NCBI GenBank assembly: GCA_964518995.1
Contig: CAZFJU010000002.1
Span: 1 to 58,696, forward strand
Direction: 5' to 3'
Length of the DNA: 58,696 bases
Source: an uncultured Gammaproteobacteria bacterium
GTDB taxonomy: Bacteria; Pseudomonadota; Gammaproteobacteria; Steroidobacterales; Rariloculaceae
In this document: positions 52,359 to 58,696 of the stretch, in pieces
Position numbering within the stretch: the stretch's first letter is position 1
Layout of the letters: every line of letters starts with the position of its first letter
Position numbers and translations under genes: made by a program
The notes under the pieces: generated by a model
Databases searched by the model: none
The model's input: only the letters and a program-made list of their open reading frames with translations
What the model was told of the DNA's origin: nothing

Positions 52359-54938
52359 TTATCTGCTGACGTCGATGCTGGTCCTACCCCCCGGACCACC
52401 CGAGCCCGGACCGCCTGGTCCGTCGAGGACCGGCGGACCGCCGACATCGGCGACCACCAGCTTGACCCAAAGGGACTCGTCATCGCGGTAATAGGACGTC
52501 TCACTGGCGTCGCGCAGCGCATCGAGGCTGCTTTGCTTCACGCCCTGGGCCGCGGTGGTGAACTGGGGAAACTCGAAAATCACGAACGAACCCTTGCCCA
52601 TTTCCTGTAGGGAAAGAGTCAGCGTATCCCGGGCCGTCTCGACCCTGACCTCGGCGCCGCTGCCGATCGTGTTGCCCCCGGTGTACTCGAACCGCCTGCC
52701 GTTGCGTTGGAGGATGATCGGATTGGTGATGGGGCCAGCCTGGAACCCACTGAAGTCACCGGCGATGCTCAGGCGGCCCATATCCCCCGTGCAGATCGCT
52801 GCATTCCAGGTCGGCTTCATCTCGCAGGTTTCTTCGTCGGATGCGATGCCATTGTCGATGACGATGTAGGCGCCGGGAGTGCCAGTGACCGAGCCGTCCA
52901 GGTCGCGGAACGCCGCACTCTTGTAGGCAGCACTGCGCCCCCAGTCAGACGCCCAGCGGCGCTGCAGCGGCGGGAAGCTGACCGGCTTGGCGTTCTCGAA
53001 TTTCATGCCCTTCACCGAGTTCTCGGTGCTCATGCCGAAGCTGGTGAATAACAGATAAGAGAGCGCGCCCGCGTCGCGAAGCTCGTTAGACTCGTAGTTC
53101 ACGAACGTGACGTTTTCCACCTCGTGATGAAAATCATAGAACTCGTAACCGCGGATCGGGAAATCAGCATACCCGGCCGGCATCGGCAGACTGCGACCGT
53201 ACGCGATTTCCTCCGGCGTCGTCGGATTACCGATGTTGTCGCTCTCCCCTACAAACAGCGAGTCGACGACCCGTGACGTGTAGGGTGCGATGCCCGGAGC
53301 ACCGGACGCATGGGTAAAGCCGATGCCGTTATCCGCCAGTTTCAAGTTGGTGTACAGATGCATCTCACCGCGGCCCCAAACAGCGCCATTGCGGTTTTTG
53401 TAGCCGGTGAAATCGTCGAAGTGCCCCACCAGCACCTCGCTGCTCGTATCAGCAGGATCGGCGTAGGTGATCAGGTTGGGACCGGCGATACCGAAGGTGC
53501 CGTCCGGTCTTTGGCCGCGATCGAGCATCAGGCCATCGAAATTGGAGTGCGCGGTATTGCCGCTGAACTCCCGCAGCCTCGACCGTCCGGGCCATGTATT
53601 GGCGCTGATCTCCGTTCCTTCGAACGCCCCGACCGGATGCGTAGGGATCGCGAACCAGAAACCGATCTGGTCCGAACCCGCCGCCACGTTGTCGCGGAAG
53701 ATATTGTCCGGGTGCGTGATCCAGAACGTGGAGACCGTGTTGTCCGAAGGGATCAGGATATGCTCGGAGGCTTGGCCTTCCGTCGACTGATAAGCCAGAA
53801 CCAGGTTCGTCGGCTCACAAGGCAGCGTCGGATGACACTTGGTCTGAATCCCCAAGTTGCGCACCACCTGGTTGCCCGTCTCGATGCCGTCCTCCATGAA
53901 GAAGCAGTGCCCGACCGTGTTGTACGTGACGTTGTTCTCGACCAGCAGGTTGTCCGTGCCGTGAATCGTCACGCAGCGGCTGTAGGTGTCGTGAATCGCC
54001 GAGTTCTTGATGTACTGCCCGCTCGCGTCGCCCATCAAATGCCAGTGGATCGGATAACGGGCGAGCTCCAGGTGCTGACCCATTCGAGTCAATTGGATAC
54101 CGGACACATTCATCGTGCTTCCGGCCATCGCCATGATATGCCCGCCAAACCACGTCTCTTCGGCATCGGCGGACGCCTGAACTTTGATGTTACGCGTCAG
54201 CAAGCCGACTTCGCCGCGTTGATCGACTCCGAACGTGATCGCGCCGAAATGCATGTACTCGAGCGGCTGATCCAGCGTGATCACATTACCGCTGATCTCG
54301 GCGATGTGCCGCCTCTCCGCCTGCCTCGGGTTGAAATCCGTCGAGGCCAGAACGATCTGGTCACCGACTCGCCACTCGCTCGCGTCGAGCACTTCGATAG
54401 CCGTGCTGCCGGCTTCGGCGGTTCGAGCGAGCTTGGTCCAGGCGTTCTCCCGATCGCCGTGCAGGTTCAAGGTCCCGCCGACAATCAGGATCCCGCGGTC
54501 ACCCATGCCATTGATGTTTTCGCCAGGGACATTATCGGTCAGCGTGATCGTCGCATGACCTGTGTGAGGGGCCCCTTCACTGCCGATCTGCAGCTCGCCG
54601 CGCAGCAGAATCCACTCGGTGGTGAGCTCGACATCCTGGTCGTCGGCGAAGCTGAGCCTGCCGTTCACGTTCATGCCGTAAAGCGCCGGCGGGCTGACGT
54701 CGAGGACCACGTCCAGGCCCTCCGCGATGGTAACGATGTCACCCTCCGCCGGCACCGCGCCGCCCGACCAAATGGACGAATCCGACCAAAGCCCGCCGCG
54801 GATCGCCGAAGCGCCTTGCTCCTGCGCTGCCGCGGGCTCGTGCGCCGCGGCGTGCTGCTGCGCCTGGGCGCCCGCGCTGACCGCGAAGCAGGCGGGAACG
54901 AGCAATGAAAGCAGAAACAAGCGATTGTGTATTCGCAT
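52359..54938 (-). CDS. secreted G8-domain / right-handed beta-helix protein, copy 2 (paralog of 38116..40674)
   Basis: ATG 54938 gives signal MRIHNRLFLLSLLVPACFAVSAGAQA. GGLWSDSSIWSGGAVPAEGDIVTIAEGLDVVLDVSPPALYGMNVNGRLSFAD, ARYPIHWHLMGDASGQYIKNSAIHDTYSRCVTIHGTDNLLVENNVTYNTVGHCFFMEDGIETGN. Colinear with copy 1 over essentially the full length. Confidence 0.85.
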   Translation of the reverse strand: MRIHNRLFLLSLLVPACFAVSAGAQAQQHAAAHEPAAAQEQGASAIRGGLWSDSSIWSGGAVPAEGDIVTIAEGLDVVLDVSPPALYGMNVNGRLSFADDQDVELTTEWILLRGELQIGSEGAPHTGHATITLTDNVPGENINGMGDRGILIVGGTLNLHGDRENAWTKLARTAEAGSTAIEVLDASEWRVGDQIVLASTDFNPRQAERRHIAEISGNVITLDQPLEYMHFGAITFGVDQRGEVGLLTRNIKVQASADAEETWFGGHIMAMAGSTMNVSGIQLTRMGQHLELARYPIHWHLMGDASGQYIKNSAIHDTYSRCVTIHGTDNLLVENNVTYNTVGHCFFMEDGIETGNQVVRNLGIQTKCHPTLPCEPTNLVLAYQSTEGQASEHILIPSDNTVSTFWITHPDNIFRDNVAAGSDQIGFWFAIPTHPVGAFEGTEISANTWPGRSRLREFSGNTAHSNFDGLMLDRGQRPDGTFGIAGPNLITYADPADTSSEVLVGHFDDFTGYKNRNGAVWGRGEMHLYTNLKLADNGIGFTHASGAPGIAPYTSRVVDSLFVGESDNIGNPTTPEEIAYGRSLPMPAGYADFPIRGYEFYDFHHEVENVTFVNYESNELRDAGALSYLLFTSFGMSTENSVKGMKFENAKPVSFPPLQRRWASDWGRSAAYKSAAFRDLDGSVTGTPGAYIVIDNGIASDEETCEMKPTWNAAICTGDMGRLSIAGDFSGFQAGPITNPIILQRNGRRFEYTGGNTIGSGAEVRVETARDTLTLSLQEMGKGSFVIFEFPQFTTAAQGVKQSSLDALRDASETSYYRDDESLWVKLVVADVGGPPVLDGPGGPGSGGPGGRTSIDVSR

Positions 54939-55017
54939 GGACTTAGATCCCCCGGGATACTCGACTTCTGGATTCCGGCATTTGGGCAGCGCGGACCGCA
55001 AGATTACCAGCCTGCAA

Positions 55018-55062
55018 ACTATATCAGGCAAGCCGGTCAGAATCGGCCATTAAGAATTCTTG
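55018..55062 (-). promoter_or_regulatory. candidate extended -10 promoter plus AAGAATTCTT palindrome upstream of G8 copy 2
   Basis: On the gene strand, TGATATAGT (55026..55018). TAAGAATTCTTG lies at 55051..55062 (10-bp perfect palindrome core), 113 bp upstream of ATG 54938. Same order as upstream of copy 1. Confidence 0.45.
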
Positions 55063-55406
55063 TCTTTCCGGCCGCGGGCCGGCTCGGCAGCCGCTCGCGG
55101 AAACGCAGGCGGCTGACCGTGGTCGGGCGCCTCCCGCTTGCAGCCGCTGTCACGGCTTTCGGCGAGGGTGTCGAGGACCGCTTCCGAGGGCCGCGGCCAG
55201 CGCTCCGTTGCGTTTTCCTGACAGGCGGCGCTAAGGTACATCCGCAGCCTACAATTAGCCGCCGTTCTCTAAACTTGGCCACGCTTGTCGCAACGATAAA
55301 GGACCTTGCGTGTGTCGCGACCGGCATAAAGGTGACACCACGCTCGTGGCGAGCCGTTCCCTCACGCCCGCGGCATCAGCAAGAGCAACAATTGGGGAAT
55401 TCGAAA

Positions 55407-58400
55407 ATGGCTGGGAAATTGAACCCATCTCAACCTTTTATGATTTCCGCGCTTTCTGCGACGATTGCAGCGATTCTTGCAGCCGGGGGGAACGTTGCTA
55501 TCGGGCAGGAAGAAGTCAGGGCGGTGGAGGAGATCACCGTCACTGGCTCTCGTATTCAGCGCTCGACCGGTTTTACGACGCCCGTGCCTGTGACTGCGGT
55601 GACGCCGGATGAACTGACGAATTTCGAGCCCGGCAATCTCACGGCCGAGCAGCTTGACAGCCTGCCGCAGTTCTTCAACACGCATACCGCGCAGCGCGGC
55701 CATCTGAACCGAGCCGTTGTCGGCACCGGTGGCGCGGGCCTGATGAACATGCGCAATCTAGGCACTTCCCGCACGCTGATCCTGCTGGACGGCGCCCGTC
55801 TCGTGCCTCAGGGCGGCGCTGGCGGCACCAATGTGGACGTGCTCCCCACCGCGCTGATGAGTAGCGTCGATGTCGTAACCGGCGGCGCTTCGGCGGCATA
55901 CGGCGCGGATGCCGTCGGCGGCGCGGTCAATTTCGTCCTGAACCGCGAGTTCGAGGGCCTCAATGTCAGCACCGGAGTAGGCGCTCATGAGCACAAGGGC
56001 ACGGGCCAGCAGTGGAACCTGTCCGTTGCCGGAGGCCATTCGTTCATCGACCAGCGTCTTCATTTAATCGGCTCCTTCGAAGCTCGCCAGATCGATTACG
56101 TTCGCGGCGACCGGCGCCGCTATAGTGATTTCAGACGCACCGGCTATGTGTTCAATCCCGACCCGAACGGGCCAGCAAGGATCCGGACGGATTACGTGTT
56201 TCCGACCACCACCTCCCCCACGGGACTGATCCGAGGCACGGGCACGGAGCTCGATGGAATGCAGTTTACGATCGACGGCACGGGCCTCGAACCCTTCGAC
56301 GCTTCGTGCGCCGCGATCGTGTCTGCGAGCAACGCTGGCGGCAACCCGGATTGCCCGGCTTATCAGCGTTTCGATGACGCCACAGCGGAACCCGGCAACG
56401 GGCAGGAGGTCACCAACCGCGCGGGCTTCTTGGCGGCGCAGTGGCGGTTCAGCGACACCTTATCCGCATATGTCCAGGGCATGTATGGGCGCACGACCTC
56501 CGGCGGCCCGGGCGAAGGCGTCTACTATTTCGCGCAAAACCAATGGATCCCCCGTATTTTCCCGGAGAACCCCTTCCTGCCGGACGAAGTAAGGCAGGTC
56601 ATGCTCGATAACGACATGGAGTACCTCGAGACCAACAAAGCCGGCATGATGTCCCACGCGCAATATGAAGTCGGTTCCACCACGAGGCCCGACAATCGCC
56701 ACACTCAAACGCAGTACGGCGTAGGCTTCAATTGGGATATCTCGCCAAGGTGGCATCTAAGAGGTTCCTGGCAGACGGGTGACTACGAGGGCAATCAGCA
56801 CGAACGTAATCTGACCCAGATTGACCGGCAGGTCCTGGCCACGGACGCCGTCCGCCACCCGGTTACCGGGGAAATCGTCTGTAACGTGCAGCTATACAAC
56901 CCTTCGCTCGAGCAGCTGGCGGCGGCACCGTCTATCCAGGGCCTCAATTCGAGCCGCCCGCTCAATCCCTATGAGCCCACCGGAGTTCCGGGCAACACTC
57001 AGCCTCTACCCTATCCGGTGGAGCCGGCGGCGATTCCATCCTGCGTGCCGCTCAACTTCCTGGGCTCGGGCAATGCAAGCCGGGAAGCGGTGGAGTACAT
57101 CGGCACGGGGACGACCAACCGTTTCGTGGTGGATCAGGATTTTGCCGAGCTGATGGCAACCGGCGAGCTGGCCACGCTTCCGGCCGGCACGCTGAGTGGA
57201 GCCTTCGGGCTGACTTGGCGCGAGCAGAGTTTTCTTCAAGGCAAGGTGCCGGCGGAAATTGATCTGTTGGGCGGTGTCATCAACACGCCGGAGCTGGGCA
57301 TTCGCGGCGCCTCCCCCGGCTGGGCCGGCGGCGCGGGCAGTCTGCATTTCTTCTCGGGCGTGCCGCATGTAGGCGGCAAGTACGACGTTTGGGAATGGTT
57401 TAGCGAAGTCGACGTGCCGGTCTGGGAACACAATACACGGTTCCTGTCGCTGAGCGGCGCGTTCCGCCGGTCGTATTACGACAACGGCAACATCGGGGAA
57501 AGCTGGAAGCTGGGGATGAACTTTCAGGTCCACGAGGATCTGCGATTGCGATACACGAATTCAAGGGATGTGCGTGAGCCGACCTTTAACGAACGCTTTG
57601 CACGCTCTGGCTTCGGTTCCAACATCGAAGATCCGGAGCTGGATTTGAACTACTTGATTAGCGGCGTCTCGGGCGGTAACCCGAACGTCGATGCTGAAAC
57701 CGCGGAAACCGTTACAGCAGGTTTCGTATACCAGCCAAGCTTCGCGCCCTGGGTCAACGGACTGCAGCTCAGCGTGGACTTCTGGGACGTCGAGATCCGC
57801 GGGGCGATCAATAGTGTGAGCGTACAACGAATCATCGACGATTGTTTCGCCGGCGCGCAGGCGATGTGCGCGAACATCGAGCGGGACCCCGCCACCGGCT
57901 TCATCACTCAGGTTAATTCTGGGGTACAGAACCTCGGCCGGGAGACGGTGAAGGGCACGGACTTCGAGATCGTCTATCAGTCAGAGCCGAATCTCTTTAG
58001 CAACCAGTCCGAAGCGTTTCAATTGCGCTTCCTTGGCGGCTACATCAAGGAGGCGGGAGATATTCCGGAAGGCGGGCTCTTCCAGGACGTATCCGGGACC
58101 CTTGGATTTCCCGATTTTACCGGGGTTGTCACCGCCAATTATGACGTCGGTCCGTATTCCTTCCGTCTACAAGGAACGTACACCGGTTCCGTGGCGTTCA
58201 ACGGAAACTGGATCGAGGGAATCGATGTGGACGACAACTCCGTGTCTTCAGAGACCGTCATCAGTGCGCAGTTTGGTTATCGCGGGACGTTCGCCAACGG
58301 TGCCGCCTGGAACGCACGGCTCAATATCACCAACCTGCTCGACACGGAGGCTCCGATTATGGCCCTGGGTAGCCCCGGATATGAGAGGTTCGGCAGGCGC

Positions 58401-58430
58401 TACAACATGAACTTTAATTACTCATTCTAA
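55407..58430 (+). CDS. TonB-dependent receptor, paralog of 29876..32932
   Basis: ATG 55407 gives MAGKLNPSQPFMISALSATIAAILAAGGNVAIG. Plug EEITVTGSRIQRSTGFTTPVPVTAVTPDELTNFEPGNLTAEQLDSLPQFF, NMRNLGTSRTLILLDGARL, VDVVTGGASAAYGADAVGGAVNFVL. Ends YNMNFNYSF. The 160-codon ORF-track N-terminal extension is rejected. Confidence 0.9.
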   Translation: MAGKLNPSQPFMISALSATIAAILAAGGNVAIGQEEVRAVEEITVTGSRIQRSTGFTTPVPVTAVTPDELTNFEPGNLTAEQLDSLPQFFNTHTAQRGHLNRAVVGTGGAGLMNMRNLGTSRTLILLDGARLVPQGGAGGTNVDVLPTALMSSVDVVTGGASAAYGADAVGGAVNFVLNREFEGLNVSTGVGAHEHKGTGQQWNLSVAGGHSFIDQRLHLIGSFEARQIDYVRGDRRRYSDFRRTGYVFNPDPNGPARIRTDYVFPTTTSPTGLIRGTGTELDGMQFTIDGTGLEPFDASCAAIVSASNAGGNPDCPAYQRFDDATAEPGNGQEVTNRAGFLAAQWRFSDTLSAYVQGMYGRTTSGGPGEGVYYFAQNQWIPRIFPENPFLPDEVRQVMLDNDMEYLETNKAGMMSHAQYEVGSTTRPDNRHTQTQYGVGFNWDISPRWHLRGSWQTGDYEGNQHERNLTQIDRQVLATDAVRHPVTGEIVCNVQLYNPSLEQLAAAPSIQGLNSSRPLNPYEPTGVPGNTQPLPYPVEPAAIPSCVPLNFLGSGNASREAVEYIGTGTTNRFVVDQDFAELMATGELATLPAGTLSGAFGLTWREQSFLQGKVPAEIDLLGGVINTPELGIRGASPGWAGGAGSLHFFSGVPHVGGKYDVWEWFSEVDVPVWEHNTRFLSLSGAFRRSYYDNGNIGESWKLGMNFQVHEDLRLRYTNSRDVREPTFNERFARSGFGSNIEDPELDLNYLISGVSGGNPNVDAETAETVTAGFVYQPSFAPWVNGLQLSVDFWDVEIRGAINSVSVQRIIDDCFAGAQAMCANIERDPATGFITQVNSGVQNLGRETVKGTDFEIVYQSEPNLFSNQSEAFQLRFLGGYIKEAGDIPEGGLFQDVSGTLGFPDFTGVVTANYDVGPYSFRLQGTYTGSVAFNGNWIEGIDVDDNSVSSETVISAQFGYRGTFANGAAWNARLNITNLLDTEAPIMALGSPGYERFGRRYNMNFNYSF

Positions 58431-58453
58431 AGGTTGGAACCTCGGAAGCAGGA

Positions 58454-58476
58454 GCCTGCCGCCAATTCCGGCAGGC
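58454..58476 (+). terminator. possible terminator hairpin after the TonB-dependent receptor
   Basis: GCCTGCCG (58454..58461), loop CCAATTC, CGGCAGGC (58469..58476), 24 nt after the stop. No U-tract. Confidence 0.4.
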
Positions 58477-58696
58477 GCCTATCAAGTACACACGCTCATG
58501 AGGCTAGTGAAACCTCAAGTGGGATGTGTTCTTGCTACGAGAGAATGACAGGCACGGTTTTCGGGACGCCCAGGCTCACCCATATAACTTCCGGCAGTCG
58601 CCTATGCGCCCGGCTGTCGAAAAAGGAGACCTTCGGCTTCTAGTTGCGTTTCAGCGTCCTTGGTATCAGCGACGTCGTCGCTTTCAGTTTCGGCAT

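Noticed and set aside
53310-54908. 532-aa plus-strand ORF covering most of G8 copy 2
   Set aside because: It lies antisense to a gene with strong G8/beta-helix motifs. Its translation is Arg/Ala/Val/Asp-rich with no recognisable motif. This is the typical shadow ORF of high-GC coding DNA.
54927-55406. 160-codon N-terminal extension of the third TonB receptor in the ORF track (1167 aa)
   Set aside because: The extension overlaps the G8 copy 2 start and its promoter elements, and it has no signal peptide. ATG 55407 gives a normal signal followed by the plug. Comparable over-extensions were rejected at 23052..23390 (aldolase), 21861..22049 (PQQ dehydrogenase) and 25323..25430 (SMP-30).
55063-55406. 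Possible riboswitch (for example cobalamin) in the long leader of the TonB receptor
   Set aside because: I could not find a B12-box-like core or the conserved cores of the TPP or other common riboswitches. The region is GC-rich with only generic self-complementarity.
58434-58643. 69-aa ORF after the last TonB receptor
   Set aside because: It begins inside the terminator hairpin region. It has no RBS and no motif, and its composition is unlike the neighbouring genes.
1-58696. CRISPR arrays, tRNA/rRNA genes, IS elements, integrases or prophage genes
   Set aside because: I saw no regularly spaced short repeats, no cloverleaf-like or rRNA-like segments in the intergenic regions, and no transposase, integrase or recombinase motifs in any long ORF. 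The only large repeat is the G8 paralog pair.

Overview
High-GC chromosomal segment from a Gram-negative, probably proteobacterial, genome (TonB-dependent receptors, Kps-type capsule exporter, Tat and Sec signal peptides). I recognised no rRNA, tRNA, CRISPR array, transposase or integrase. Contents in order: (1) a very large multi-pass membrane protein whose frame is open to base 1 (5'-partial), a putative outer-membrane beta-barrel protein, and a BON-MscS channel. (2) A 13-kb ABC-transporter-dependent capsule/EPS locus: GT4, kpsM-T-E-D coupled by 4-nt overlaps, three pyruvyl-transferase-like domains in two genes, two more glycosyltransferases and a WecA-type initiating transferase. (3) A 10-kb run of exported enzymes: cytochrome c plus PQQ dehydrogenase, B3-type MBL-fold hydrolase, signal-peptide-bearing HpcH aldolase, Tat-SMP-30 lactonase, Tat-flavoprotein, Tat-VOC protein and a PON-like propeller. 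A solo Phd/YefM antitoxin with a collapsed PIN-toxin remnant interrupts this run. (4) Two convergent TonB-dependent receptors, PhoX alkaline phosphatase, and the first of two paralogous G8 / beta-helix (CEMIP/TMEM2-like) secreted proteins. (5) Cytochrome c5 and an S8 peptidase without a signal peptide. (6) A minus-strand operon that I consider the best candidate for an undescribed system. It encodes a gluconate-2-dehydrogenase-like small subunit with an N-terminal CBM48-like glycogen-binding module and no Tat signal, a GMC flavoprotein, two tandem paralogous cupin proteins (one with a clear CBM21-type FWDxxDGxNY motif), and a Pseudomonas-type secreted isoamylase. (7) A lower-GC gap, an LLM flavin oxidoreductase, the second G8 paralog (its promoter palindrome and terminator hairpin are duplicated with it), and a third TonB-dependent receptor. 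All functional calls rest on motifs read by eye from the translated ORFs. No database search was run.
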